Of a stretch of 64,000 bases of DNA, positions 1 through 9,748 are shown piece after piece (positions within the stretch are counted from its first letter, which is position 1; each line of letters starts with the position of its first letter). A program made the translations under genes and the position numbers. The stretch lies in NCBI GenBank assembly GCA_016720545.1, contig JADKKK010000003.1:473516-537515 (forward strand), read 5' to 3'. Source of the stretch: Myxococcales bacterium (GTDB taxonomy: Bacteria > Myxococcota_A > Polyangia > Polyangiales > Polyangiaceae). The notes under the pieces are model-generated. The model ran no database searches and had not been told where the DNA came from. It saw only the letters and a list, made by a program, of their open reading frames with translations.

Positions 1-1
1 G

Positions 2-394
2 GGACCGCTCGGCGGCCTCTCCGCGCTGCTGGAGCACGCGGAGGCGCGCGGGTTCACCGCCGCCGTCGCCGTGGCCTGCGACATGCCGTATGTCGACGAG
101 GCGCTGCTCGCGCGGCTCCTCGCGCGCGGCCCGGCGCCGGCGGTCGCCGCACGGCGAGACGGGCGCTGGGAGCCGTTCTTCGCGCGCTACGACGTGGCGA
201 GCCTGCGCCCCCTGCTCACCTCGCGGCTCGCCGAGGGGCGCCACGATCTTCAGGGGTTGCTGGCGCTCGCCAGTACGGTCGAGCTGTCGTTGACCGATGA
301 AGAGCGTGGTAGGCTTCGCGACTGGGATACACCGGCGGACGTCGCCGCCGACACGCACGCCGACACGCACGCTGGAAGGGAGTCGCCCCCATGA
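2..394 (+). CDS. mobA: Molybdenum cofactor guanylyltransferase MobA-like, 5' partial (runs off the window start).
   Basis: The frame is open from nt 2. The translation GPLGGLSALLEHAEARGFTAAVAVACDMPYVDEALL matches the MobA C-terminal VACDMP region. The track ORF 71..394 is the in-window ATG-limited part. Confidence 0.65.
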   Translation, partial: GPLGGLSALLEHAEARGFTAAVAVACDMPYVDEALLARLLARGPAPAVAARRDGRWEPFFARYDVASLRPLLTSRLAEGRHDLQGLLALASTVELSLTDEERGRLRDWDTPADVAADTHADTHAGRESPP

Positions 395-762
395 AGCTAC
401 GAACCCGTGGAAACTCACTGCGCCTGCGGCTGACCCGCTCTGAGGTCGCGCGACTCGCCGAGGGCGGTGAGATCACCGATCGCGTCGAGTTCGGCGCAGG
501 CGCGGCGCTCAGCTATTCGATCGCACGCGCGGACGTGTCGCAGGTGCGGGCCACGCTGGAGGGCGCCCACGTGCGCGTGGAGGCGCCGCCGTCGGTCCTG
601 CGCGAGTGGGCCGGCAGCGAGCAGGTCGGATTCGAAGGCACGCAACCGCTCGACGGCGACCGCGCGCTGAAGATCCTCGTCGAGAAGGACTGGACCTGCC
701 TCACGAAGCGAGAGGGCGACGAAGACGTCGACACCTACCCTCACCCACACGAGACCTGCTAG
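391..762 (+). CDS. Hypothetical protein, 123 aa.
   Basis: ATGA start/stop overlap with the upstream mobA-like gene. Third-position GC bias is consistent with coding. No family recognised. Confidence 0.5.
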   Translation: MKLRTRGNSLRLRLTRSEVARLAEGGEITDRVEFGAGAALSYSIARADVSQVRATLEGAHVRVEAPPSVLREWAGSEQVGFEGTQPLDGDRALKILVEKDWTCLTKREGDEDVDTYPHPHETC

Positions 763-867
763 CTTAGCGCGTGGGGCGCCGCTGAGGCGCCTTTGGCGAC
801 CACGGATCGCTGTCACCGCGCGGGTGGCCTGGGGCGCCACCCCAGTGGATCGCGCGTGGGGCGAGCG

Positions 868-2333
868 TCAGCCGGCTGCCAGCTCGGCTGCGCGCTGACC
901 CACGGCGTGCGCCGGGATGGCGGCGAGCCGCGCCGCCTCCACTTCGGGACCGAAGAGGATGCGCCGGTAGAGGACATCGCGCTCGATCTCGGCGAGGCGA
1001 TAGTTGAGGAGCATCACCGTCGAGGCGATAGGGCTCGAGGTCTGGCCGCGCATGCCGTTCAGCGCGAAGCCTGTGCCGCCTGGAAAGTCGACGATGTGGG
1101 CGCGCAAGATCTGGAAGGGCGCGCTCATGGGCATCAGCATCCACGCGACGCCGACGCCAGGGAGGTGCGCGTGCGAGCGGCCCCGGAACACGTAGTCGAA
1201 GGTCTCCATGCGCCCGTCCGAGCCGCCGTTCTGCGGAGCGCCGAAGAGCACCCCGAGCGCGTAGCGCAGATCGGCCTTCCCGAGCGGGCTCTCGTACCAG
1301 CCATCGCGCGCGCCGCGCCCGAAGCGGAGGGTCTGCTCGACGAGGTCGAGGCGTATTCGAAGGTCCGAGGCGGTGTCTTCGGAGACGAGGCGCTTGCGGC
1401 TCGCCGCGAGGAGGGCGTTGCGCGCCGTGACCGTCGTGCGAGGCTCGACGTTGGCGGCCATGGGCTCCTGGTAGCGGGAGTGCGGCAGGATGCTCGCGAG
1501 GCCATGGAAGAAGCCGAGGAGCCCCTGCAGCGACTCGACCATGGGGCCGAGCGCGACGGTGTGAGGCCTGTCCCAGGCGGTGACGATCAGGTCGCTCGAG
1601 ATCATCCCGCTCGCGTGCGTGGCGTGTGAGATCGCGGCATAGGGCAGGTCTGCGCGGACACCCGAGTTCACGAGCAGCCTGCGATCGGTGAAGATCATCC
1701 CGGTCTCGCCGCCGGTGTCCGCGAGGACCCCGTCCACGAGCGCCAGCAGCCGCTCGCCGCCCAGGTGATCGAGGCCCATCAGGTAGGTCCTCCGGGCGGC
1801 CGCGAGCTTGATCTCGGAGAGCCGGTAGGCGCCGCGCACCTGACGATAGGGCAGTAGGCAATTGACCACGAGCTGGCTTATCGCCCCCTCCTTCGCGAAC
1901 GACTGGAGAGAGAGCTCGCGGTCGCCCTGGTTGTAGCGGACGATCGCGGACATCGCGTCCCGGAACGAGACCCGGCGGTGGGAAGAGACGAGCGGGGGGA
2001 TCGCGAACGGGCCATGCGCCGTCGGCAGGAAGCCGGGCAGCGTCTCGCCCTGGGGGTGCTGCGGAGGGGCTTGTACGGCGGAGAGGGCGCACCGTCGACC
2101 GTCGCTCAGCACGTAGAGCGCCTCCGAGGTGACGAGGAACCCGCGCTCGGCGTCGCCGTTCGTGTCGTCGAGGACGAAGAGCGGCAGCTCGTTGTCGGGC
2201 CAGCGCACGCGCACAGCCACCTCTGCCAGGCGGGGCGGCTGCGGGAACAGCTCGATGTCGGCGAGGCCGAGGAGCGCGTCGCGGAGGTAGTCGACGAGCG
2301 AGACGCCCTGAAAGTCGCGGTAGGCGGTCATAT
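868..2333 (-). CDS. Hypothetical protein, about 488 aa; start set at the internal Met (MTAYRDFQ).
   Basis: Long minus-strand ORF (track 868..2709) with a non-repetitive, protein-like sequence. The N-terminal 126 aa of the track ORF look like out-of-frame junk, so ATG at 2333 was chosen. Confidence 0.55.
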
Positions 2334-2470
2334 GCGCGGCGAAGTGTAACGCGCCCGCGGGAGCCGCGCCCACGCTTCCCCCGCCGCGGTTCGCTCCGTA
2401 GTCTGTGGGGCGCAGCCGCGATCCGACGAGGCGTGAGACGCGGGACCGATAGGCACGGACAGGAGGCGAG

Positions 2471-2971
2471 ATGGCAACGAAGAAGAAGGCGTCGAAGGCG
2501 ACCCGCGCGACGAGGGCGCCCAAGGCGAGCCCCGCGCGGGCGAAAGAGAAGGTCTCCCCCGCCGCACCCCCGGGGGTCGCGCTCCGACTCACGGCAGAGC
2601 TCGCGGCGCCGCCGGTGCGCGTCTTCGACGCGTGGATGAGCGGGGAAGGGCACGCCGCGTTCACCGGGGCGGGAGCGACCGTCGAGGCGCGGGTCGGCGG
2701 CCGGCACACGGCGTGGGACGGCTACATCGAGGGGACGACCGTCGAGGTCGCGCGTCCGGACCGCATCGTCCAGACCTGGCGCACGAGCGAGTTCCCCGCG
2801 GCCGCCCCCGACTCGCGAATCGAGCTGTCCTTTCGGCCGAGCGCGATCGGCACGGAGCTCACCCTCGTGCACACGGGCATTCCGCGCGGTCAGGGCGCGA
2901 AATACCGGCGAGGCTGGGAGGAGCACTACTTCTCGCTGATGCGCGCGCACTTCGGCCGCGGCTCTAGTTAG
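2471..2971 (+). CDS. SRPBCC/AHSA1 (activator of Hsp90 ATPase homolog)-like domain protein with a Lys/Ala-rich histone-H1-like N-terminal tail.
   Basis: The C-terminal ~130 aa resemble the AHSA1/SRPBCC fold (VFDAWMSGEGHAAFTG...GTELTLVHTGIPRGQG). The N-terminus is MATKKKASKATRATRAPKASPARAKEK. Confidence 0.7.
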   Translation: MATKKKASKATRATRAPKASPARAKEKVSPAAPPGVALRLTAELAAPPVRVFDAWMSGEGHAAFTGAGATVEARVGGRHTAWDGYIEGTTVEVARPDRIVQTWRTSEFPAAAPDSRIELSFRPSAIGTELTLVHTGIPRGQGAKYRRGWEEHYFSLMRAHFGRGSS

Positions 2972-3004
2972 TTAGTGGGTTGAGTCAGCTACGTTAACCA
3001 GCCC

Positions 3005-3646
3005 TCAGCTCACGCGTCGCACGAGCACGATGGGCCACTCCGGCGCGCGCTGGCTCTCGGGCAGGGTAGGGAGAGCCCCCTCGGTCGCGAAGAGCGCCTC
3101 GCGGAGGTCGGCCACGTCGCGCCATCGCACGGACCTCCGCGGGTGCAGCGCCCTCGCCACCGCGCGCGAGACCTTCGACGGGACCGGCGAGGAGAACAGC
3201 GCTCGCGCGCCGACCGGGCCGTGCGGGCCGAGCCGCGGCTCCTCGCCCGTGAGCAGAACGTAGAGCAAGGCGCCCACGACGAACACGTCGTCCTGCTCGC
3301 GCGCGACCTCGTCCGAGACGCGACCGCCGCGCAGGCTGTGAGGCGCCGGCAAATCGGCGTGGGAGTACCCCGCGCCCGCGACCGAGAGGCCGCCATCGTC
3401 CAGCAGGTCGACGCTCTCCGTGTTCACGTGACCGAGCCGCACGCCCGCAGCGTGCGCGCGCTCGACGTGAAAGAGCAGCACGTCCGCGATCCGCAGCACC
3501 TCGTCGACAGGCAGCCTCCCGCCCGCCGCCAGGCGCCTGTGCTCGAGGCTCTCGCCCGCGCGCGGCGCGGCGACCGCTCGATAGACACCCGACTCCTCGC
3601 TGACGTTGTGTGCCGCGCCCATTTCGACCTCCGCGTGGGGGTTCAT
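3005..3646 (-). CDS. Protein-kinase-like C-lobe only protein, a likely pseudokinase fragment (213 aa).
   Basis: It matches Ser/Thr kinase subdomains VIa-XI (LRIADVLLFHVERAHAAGVRLGHVNTESVDLLDDGG...). HRD is replaced by HVN and DFG by AGA. There is no N-lobe or Gly-loop. Confidence 0.55.
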   Translation of the reverse strand: MNPHAEVEMGAAHNVSEESGVYRAVAAPRAGESLEHRRLAAGGRLPVDEVLRIADVLLFHVERAHAAGVRLGHVNTESVDLLDDGGLSVAGAGYSHADLPAPHSLRGGRVSDEVAREQDDVFVVGALLYVLLTGEEPRLGPHGPVGARALFSSPVPSKVSRAVARALHPRRSVRWRDVADLREALFATEGALPTLPESQRAPEWPIVLVRRVS

Positions 3647-3766
3647 GCCTTACTCCCTTCGGTCGCGTGGCATAGGCACGCCGCTCGCCGGAGGCTCGCT
3701 TGCATGTTCGCTTGCCCCTGTTTGGAACGTGGGGGCATCGCGGGAAATGGATCACAAGGTAGGTAA

Positions 3767-4624
3767 CTATTTCCCGCCGGTGCTCCCCGCGGAGAAGAAG
3801 ACGTCGCCATCGCGCTTCACGTGACCCTCCGCCACGAGCTTCTCGAGGTGCGCCTCCAGGCTGAGCTTCGCGATCGGGTGGAGCGCGGCGGGTGTGTCGC
3901 CGTACGCGACTCGAACCAGCGCGTCGAGGGTGTCTCCCGCGGCGCGCGTCGCCTGGCGCACGCGCTCCTCCCGCGCGAGCCGGTGGGCCACGTACCGCTC
4001 GAAGTGGGCGCGCGGCCCGTGGATCGGGTCGCCGTGGGCGGGCAACGCGGTCGCCGCGTCGAGGGCGCCGAGGCGCCTCAGCTGGCACAGGTAGGCGGCC
4101 ATGTCCCCGCCCCCGGAGGCGGGCGCGATCAGGATGGTCCCCTCGCTCGCCACCATGTCGCCCACGACGAGGGTCCCGCTGGCTTCGTCGAACAGGCACA
4201 GGTGCCCCGGCGCGTGCCCGGGAGTGTGGAGCACCCGCAGCGTCATCCGGTGAGGCCCCTCCAACGTGAGCACGTCGCCGTCGTCGAGGGTGCGCACGGG
4301 CCCGCGGAAGGCGACGCGGGCTGCGGTGTCGGCGTGCACGAAGAGGGCGAGGCCGAGCTCCCGCGCCAGCACGTCGAGGCCCCCGACGTGGTCGACGTGG
4401 TGGTGAGTCGCGAGGAGCCCCACGAGCGTCCGGCCTGCGCTGACGAGACCGCGCGCCCAGGCGAGCCACTCGGCGAGCTCGTCGTCGTCGGGCGTCGCGG
4501 GCTCGACCAAGAGCACCTCGCGCGTACCCAGCGCGTAGCTGTTCGTGTGGGTCGCGGGCGGGAGCGTGGGCGTGCGCGCCGCCACGCGCGCGACGCCGGG
4601 AGCGACGTCCGTGGGTCCGAGCAT
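3767..4624 (-). CDS. MBL-fold metallo-hydrolase.
   Basis: HHHVDHVGG (HxHxDH) metal-binding motif and a typical beta-lactamase fold sequence. Start at the internal ATG (MLGPTDV); the upstream part of the track ORF is Arg-rich junk. Confidence 0.8.
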   Translation of the reverse strand: MLGPTDVAPGVARVAARTPTLPPATHTNSYALGTREVLLVEPATPDDDELAEWLAWARGLVSAGRTLVGLLATHHHVDHVGGLDVLARELGLALFVHADTAARVAFRGPVRTLDDGDVLTLEGPHRMTLRVLHTPGHAPGHLCLFDEASGTLVVGDMVASEGTILIAPASGGGDMAAYLCQLRRLGALDAATALPAHGDPIHGPRAHFERYVAHRLAREERVRQATRAAGDTLDALVRVAYGDTPAALHPIAKLSLEAHLEKLVAEGHVKRDGDVFFSAGSTGGK

Positions 4625-4668
4625 GGCGGCTGCCTCTCCCGTTCTCCCTCGCCTCGCGCGCCTGCCTC

Positions 4669-5853
4669 TCAGCGCTCGACGACGACGGCGAGCGCTTCGC
4701 CGCCGCCGATACAGAGGGTCGCGAGGCCGCGCTTCTTGTCGCGCTGGATCATGCTGTGGACCAGGGTGGTGAGGATGCGCGCGCCGCTCGCGCCGATCGG
4801 GTGACCGAGGGCCACGGCCCCGCCGCGCACGTTCACGCGCTCGCGGTCGATCTTGCACTGATCGGCGCACACCATCGAGACGACGGCGAAGGCCTCGTTG
4901 ATCTCGAACAGGTCGATGTCGGCGAGCTTGAGGCCGAGCTTCGCCGCCGCGTTGTCCATGGCCTTCGCGGGCGCCGTCGTGAACCACTCGGGCGCCTGGG
5001 CCGCGCCGGCGTACCCGACGATGCGGGCGAGCGGGGTGAGGCCGTGCTTCTTCACGGCCTCCTCGCTCGCGAGCACGAGGGCGCTCGCGCCGTCGTTGAT
5101 GGACGACGCGTTCGCCGCGGTGATCGTCCCGTCCTTCGAGAAGGCCGCGCGGAGCGACGCGAACTTGGACGGATCGCCCTTGCCGGGGCCTTCGTCAGTC
5201 TTCACGACGAGCGCGTCGCCCTTCTTCTGCGGCACGGAGACCGGCGTGATCTCCGCGTCGAAGAGGCCCTCTTTCTGGGCGGCGAGCGCCTTGCGGAAGC
5301 TCTCGCGGGCGTACTCGTCCTGCGCCTCGCGCGTGTAGTTGAACTCCTTCGCGCACAGGTCGCCACAGTTGCCCATGTGCACGTTGCCGTACGGGTCCCA
5401 GAGGCCGTCGAAGATCATGCCGTCGACCAGCGTGCCGTTCCCCATGCGGTAACCGCTGCGCGCTTTGTCGAGGTAATACGGCACGTTGGACATCGACTCC
5501 ATGCCGCCGACGACCACGAGCTCGGCGTCGCCGACCGCCAGCGTCTTGGTGCCGAGCACCACGGCCTGGAGCCCGGAGCCGCACACCTTGCTGACGGTCG
5601 TGGCGGGCACGCTGTTCGGGAGGCCCCCGTAGATCAGCGCCTGACGCGCGGGCGCTTGCCCCAACCCGGCGGAGAGCACGTTGCCCATGAACACTTCGCC
5701 GATGAGGCCGGCGTCGACCTTCGCCTGCGCGAGGGCGCCCTGGATGGCGGCGGCGCCCAGCTTCGGGGCAGACACCGAGGAGAGGGCGCCCTGGAACGCT
5801 CCGATCGGGGTGCGGGTCGCAGAGACGATGTAGACGGGGGGCAAGCTGGGCAT
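4669..5853 (-). CDS. Acetyl-CoA C-acetyltransferase (thiolase II), 394 aa.
   Basis: Full-length thiolase signatures: VCGSGLQAV active-site Cys region, NEAFA, and the C-terminal GHPIGASGARI...CIGGGEALAVVVER. The start at MPSLPPVYIVSA was checked on the sequence (cat at 5851-5853). Confidence 0.9.
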   Translation of the reverse strand: MPSLPPVYIVSATRTPIGAFQGALSSVSAPKLGAAAIQGALAQAKVDAGLIGEVFMGNVLSAGLGQAPARQALIYGGLPNSVPATTVSKVCGSGLQAVVLGTKTLAVGDAELVVVGGMESMSNVPYYLDKARSGYRMGNGTLVDGMIFDGLWDPYGNVHMGNCGDLCAKEFNYTREAQDEYARESFRKALAAQKEGLFDAEITPVSVPQKKGDALVVKTDEGPGKGDPSKFASLRAAFSKDGTITAANASSINDGASALVLASEEAVKKHGLTPLARIVGYAGAAQAPEWFTTAPAKAMDNAAAKLGLKLADIDLFEINEAFAVVSMVCADQCKIDRERVNVRGGAVALGHPIGASGARILTTLVHSMIQRDKKRGLATLCIGGGEALAVVVER

Positions 5854-6062
5854 GACAACTCCTCGGAGGCGCGCGGGGCGCGAAGGCGGCGCGGTCGTGA
5901 CGTGACCGTCGCGGTGGCGAGCGAGACGAGACGCGCGACGGCAGGCGCTGCGTGACCCGACGGGCGCCGTTATACCCCGCGTCGGCCCGCGGCGCACTCC
6001 GCGCGGCGCACCGCCGAAGGGTGGCTTCCTCGGGCGAGAGAGCCTGGTAGAGTCGACGCGCC

Positions 6063-6614
6063 GTGCCGACAACCCCCGGTCCACTGCCCCCGCGCGTCGC
6101 CGTGGCGATCGTGCTCGTCGCGTCGCTTGCGGCGGGGCTGGCGACGGCCCACTGCGGCACCGCGGGGGGTGGCTCCGCAGACCGCGAGGCGGGCGCAGCG
6201 GACGACGCGGCCCGCGCCGCCCCGGCGGTTTGCCCCGAGGCCCTCCCCGAGGTGGGCGTGTGGTGCGCGCTGCCCGAAGGGACCACATGCGCCTACGGGC
6301 CCTGCGGCGCTTTCGCCCGGTGCACCCGCGGCGCGTTCGTGCGGGCCACGAGCCCGCGCGCGAGCCTGTGCCCCACCTCGCCTCCGCCCGAGGGCAGCCC
6401 CTGCGGCCCCTGCTTCGTCGATGGAGGGGTGTGCGCATATGGCGATCCCACCTGCGCAGACGCACAGGTGCCCCCCGCGATCTCCACCTGTTTCGGCGGT
6501 CGTTTTGCGACGAGAGCCATCGAATGTGAGGCCGGACCCGGCGACGCGGCCGCCGCGGACTCGGGCGGTGACGGCGAGGTGGATGCGGCGGCCGACTCCC
6601 CGAGCGACGGTTGA
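6063..6614 (+). CDS. Secreted Cys-rich protein (probable lipoprotein), 183 aa.
   Basis: Signal peptide VAVAIVLVASLAAGLATAHCG followed by 16 Cys in CxYGPCG / CGPC-type spacing. GC3 is strongly biased. The competing ORFs 6127..7629 and 5970..6710 look like junk. Confidence 0.5.
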   Translation: MPTTPGPLPPRVAVAIVLVASLAAGLATAHCGTAGGGSADREAGAADDAARAAPAVCPEALPEVGVWCALPEGTTCAYGPCGAFARCTRGAFVRATSPRASLCPTSPPPEGSPCGPCFVDGGVCAYGDPTCADAQVPPAISTCFGGRFATRAIECEAGPGDAAAADSGGDGEVDAAADSPSDG

Positions 6615-6772
6615 GCCGCGCGCGACTTGCGCGGCCCCGGTCCCGTGGGCTAGGAAACGCGGCTTCGTTCGTTCGCTCGTTCGCTCGTTCGCGCGTCGCT
6701 TCCCATCCACTCACCGCGCACGGCGCAGCGCGCACCGCTGGCGGGTCCCCTGCCGTCATTCCGAGGAATCCC

Positions 6773-7102
6773 ATGTCCGAGTCCAAGTTCGCCGCGTTCA
6801 TCACCGAGAAGAAGCTCAACCAGGCGCGCATTCTGTCGGCGTCGCACACGATCGAGTCGCTCCGGCCCGAAGACCGCCTCATCCGCCTCGAGAAGTGGCG
6901 CGCGAAGCAGGGCGACACCCCCTCGGAGAAGAAGACCTTCCCGAAGCCGCGCTCCGGCCGCCCCGTGACGCCCCGCGCGATGGCCGCTGCGCTCGCTGGC
7001 AAGCCCCTCACCGGCCCGCAGAAGCAGCGCATCCTCCGCGCCGTCAACGCCCTGCTCGAGCAGAAGAAGACCGAGAAGGTCGAGTTGAAGACGCTGTTCT
7101 AG
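6773..7102 (+). CDS. Hypothetical small Lys-rich protein, 109 aa.
   Basis: Internal ATG (MSESKFAAFITEKK) chosen because the 5' part of the track ORF is low-complexity. The reading frame is conserved-looking. Confidence 0.5.
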   Translation: MSESKFAAFITEKKLNQARILSASHTIESLRPEDRLIRLEKWRAKQGDTPSEKKTFPKPRSGRPVTPRAMAAALAGKPLTGPQKQRILRAVNALLEQKKTEKVELKTLF

Positions 7103-7448
7103 GACTCGCGACGGGCGCGAGGCCCCTCCTAGCGATAGGACGGAGCCTCGCGCGGCCAGGGCGCTCGAGGCCAACGCTGGCCCAACGCTTACAAGTCCGT
7201 AGGCCTACGGCGTCGAAGGAAATTTCTTCGCCGCAAATTGGGCCACCCGGGCGCGTTGGGTGCAGGTTGCACGTATGGCCGTCTTTGCGTTGCTGCTCGT
7301 TGTTTTTGTGGTCGTATTCGACCTGCACGACCTCGCGAACCGCAAGCGCCTGCGGCGCGACGAGGGGTGACGTACCCGTTTCCCGCCAGGACCCCACGGA
7401 GCCCCGCATGCTGAATGCCTCTCGACCGCTCCGCACCCTACCCAGGGA

Positions 7449-8228
7449 ATGGTCCAGGCCCTTCAGTTCGCGCCCGCCCCCGCCGAGGGGACCCGACGCG
7501 TCGCGACGCGCTTTCCGCGTCGCGTCCGGGGTGCGCCGCCGCGGCTCCTCGAGAGCCCGCGTGCGCGCCGCTGGCTCGCCGTCGTGGTGCCCTGGTCCGA
7601 AGGCTCGGTTGGGGCGGGTGGACGGTTGAGCGACGACGAGGCCGCGAGCCTCCAGCGCGCGGCGAACGGTGACGCCGCCGCGTTCCGCGTGCTCTTCGCG
7701 CGGCACCGCGTCGACGTGCAGCGCCTCGTGTTTCGAATGGTGGGCGCGCGGCCCGACCTGGACGACATCGTCCAGGAGGTGTTCATCCAGGTGTACCGCA
7801 GCCTGCGTGACTTCCGCGGCCAGTCGAAGTTCTCGACATGGTTGCACCGGGTCACGGTGAACGTCGTGCTGATGCACCGCCGCGCTGCGCGGAGCCGCCC
7901 GACCTATGCGGAGGAGGCGCCTGACGACCTCGCGCACGACGCGAAGCAGGTGCTCCCCGATGAGGCCGCGGCCCGTCACGAGCGGATGCGGGCCTTCGGC
8001 CGCCTGCTCGACCGGCTGGCCGACAAGAAGCGAATCGTCTTCGTGCTGCACGAGCTCGAAGGGAAGGCCCCGGCCGAGATCGCGGAGATTGTCGGCGCGC
8101 CGGTCCTGACCGTGCGGACGCGCCTCTTCTATGCGCGTCGCGAGCTCGAGGCGATGTGGCAGGACGAGCCCTCCTTGAAAGGGCTCGACGGGGGGTTCTC
8201 GCGTGCCTCGGCAGAGGAGGACTCATGA
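7449..8228 (+). CDS. RNA polymerase ECF-type sigma-70 factor. The true start may be an internal TTG near 7626.
   Basis: Sigma-70 region 2 (DIVQEVFIQVYRSLRDFRGQSKFSTWLHRVTVN) and region 4 (LADKKRIVFVLHELEGKAPAEIAEIVGAPVLTVRTRLFYARREL). The first ~55 aa of the long ORF look non-coding. Confidence 0.8.
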   Translation: MVQALQFAPAPAEGTRRVATRFPRRVRGAPPRLLESPRARRWLAVVVPWSEGSVGAGGRLSDDEAASLQRAANGDAAAFRVLFARHRVDVQRLVFRMVGARPDLDDIVQEVFIQVYRSLRDFRGQSKFSTWLHRVTVNVVLMHRRAARSRPTYAEEAPDDLAHDAKQVLPDEAAARHERMRAFGRLLDRLADKKRIVFVLHELEGKAPAEIAEIVGAPVLTVRTRLFYARRELEAMWQDEPSLKGLDGGFSRASAEEDS

Positions 8229-8289
8229 ACGTGCGAGCGAGCAGCCGGCGAGCAGCGTGTCGATGCCACGCGACCGAGCGGAGCACGGT

Positions 8290-9633
8290 ATGAAGACCAA
8301 AGACCCCACCACGACCGACCCTCCGACCGCAGTGGACCCGCCGGCGACGCCGGTCGCGGACGTGGAAGAGGAGGACGAGTCGCTCGCGCCCGACGAGCTC
8401 GACGCCCTCGACGGTCCGGCGCCGTTCGCCGCCCTCACGGCGCTCACCGAGGAGGCGAAGGGCGCCTTCCTCCCCGTCGAGCCCGACGACGCGGCGTGGG
8501 CAGCGATGGAGGAGCGCTTGGTCCTGCGCCTCGCCACCGAGCGGGCCCTCGCGCGCCGCTCGAGGCGCACGCAGCTCGTCGTCGGCGTGGCGTCGAGCCT
8601 CGCGCTCGCGGCTGGCGCGATCTTCCTCATTCGTCCGGCCGATCCGTTACCGCCCTCCGAGCCTGTGCCCACGCTCGCGAGCGTCGTGAAGGGCGGCCCG
8701 CGCGGCGCAGCCCTGTCGACCCCGCTCCCTGGCGGCGGCGATAGCTTCTTTCAGGGCGATCCGGTCGAGGTCACCGGCGGCCCTCTGGCGTTCGAGGTCC
8801 CGGGCGTGGGCTCGGCGATCGTCACCCCGAGGCGGGCGATCTGGGCGCTCGATCCTGCCGGCGAGGGGAGCGCGAAGGCGGTCCTCACGAAGGCCACGGC
8901 GACGTCCCTCGTCGTCGCGCTCGAGCGCGGCGCGCTCGAGGCCGACGTGACCCCCGAGCGCGACGGCGAGGCGTTCGCCGTCGACGTCACCGGTGGCGCC
9001 GGCACGACGCGCGTCGCCGTTCACGGCACCCACCTGCGTGTGGCTCGGAAGGGCGACCACGTGACGATCGATCTCTCGGAGGGGGTCGTCGTGGTGGGCG
9101 CAGCGGGCCCGAGCCGCACCACGGGCCTCGAGCTGCGCGCCCCGGCGCACCTCGAGCTCGAGGCTGGGTCCGCGCCCTCGGCCGCGCAGGTCACGCGTGA
9201 GGTGCGCCCCGCGTGGACGCTCGATCTCGTCGCGGCCGGCCAGCCCCCGGCGGGGCCCACGAGCCCGTCCACGCCTGTCGACCTCGGCCCCGACGCCAGC
9301 GCCATCCCCGACGCCACCACCACGAGACCCGGCCCGCCCCGGCCTGCCGGCCCCGGCGTCCCGGCTCCGGTCGCCCTCACCGAAGGGCGCGCCCTCGCGG
9401 CGATCCAGGTGGACCTCAAGCGTTGTGTGGCCCAGGCGGCGGTCCCTGGCGCGGTGCGGGTCTCGATCGACAGCGAACTGTCGATCGAGGTGCGCGCTGA
9501 CGGCACGGTCGCCGGGACCCGCTTCACGCCGCCGCTCGCCCCGGCGATCCAGGAGTGCGCGTCCGGCGCGATCTTCGCGCGACGCATCGAGGGGCCACGC
9601 ACCCTCATCGTCCCGGTGAAGTTCGAGTTCTAG
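8290..9633 (+). CDS. Membrane-anchored anti-sigma-factor-like protein (single TM, large extracytoplasmic domain).
   Basis: It lies immediately downstream of the ECF sigma. Acidic N-terminus, TM LVVGVASSLALAAGAIFLI, then a ~330-aa Ala/Gly-rich domain. ATG at 8290 (MKTKD) has GGAG 9 nt upstream; the track ORF starts at GTG 8203. Confidence 0.6.
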   Translation: MKTKDPTTTDPPTAVDPPATPVADVEEEDESLAPDELDALDGPAPFAALTALTEEAKGAFLPVEPDDAAWAAMEERLVLRLATERALARRSRRTQLVVGVASSLALAAGAIFLIRPADPLPPSEPVPTLASVVKGGPRGAALSTPLPGGGDSFFQGDPVEVTGGPLAFEVPGVGSAIVTPRRAIWALDPAGEGSAKAVLTKATATSLVVALERGALEADVTPERDGEAFAVDVTGGAGTTRVAVHGTHLRVARKGDHVTIDLSEGVVVVGAAGPSRTTGLELRAPAHLELEAGSAPSAAQVTREVRPAWTLDLVAAGQPPAGPTSPSTPVDLGPDASAIPDATTTRPGPPRPAGPGVPAPVALTEGRALAAIQVDLKRCVAQAAVPGAVRVSIDSELSIEVRADGTVAGTRFTPPLAPAIQECASGAIFARRIEGPRTLIVPVKFEF

Positions 9634-9748
9634 AGCGCCGGGCCACAGCGGGTCGCGCCCCTGGACCACGGCGGGTTTCGCCTCGAGCGACGCTCGTTCG
9701 CCGTTCGAGATCTTTGGCACTCTGGCCAGCCGGTCGCCCGCATGCGAC

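Noticed and set aside
764-2950. 728-aa minus-strand ORF overlapping the 868..2333 gene
   Set aside because: Its translation is Arg/Pro/Ala low-complexity typical of out-of-frame reading of high-GC coding DNA. The overlapping 868..2333 frame is protein-like.
4756-5955. 399-aa plus-strand ORF antisense to the thiolase gene (also 5195..6286 minus)
   Set aside because: It is antisense to or out of frame with a strongly supported thiolase, with a junk-like Arg/Gly-rich translation.
6127-7629. 500-aa plus-strand ORF spanning two real genes and an intergenic region
   Set aside because: Translation is RRGWRRPTAAPRG-type junk. It is replaced by 6063..6614 and 6773..7102, which have coding-like GC3 and sensible features.
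8203-8289. GTG-initiated N-terminal extension of the anti-sigma-like gene
   Set aside because: There is no RBS and the sequence is Arg/Ser-rich. ATG 8290 has a GGAG at proper spacing. Left as an alternative start.
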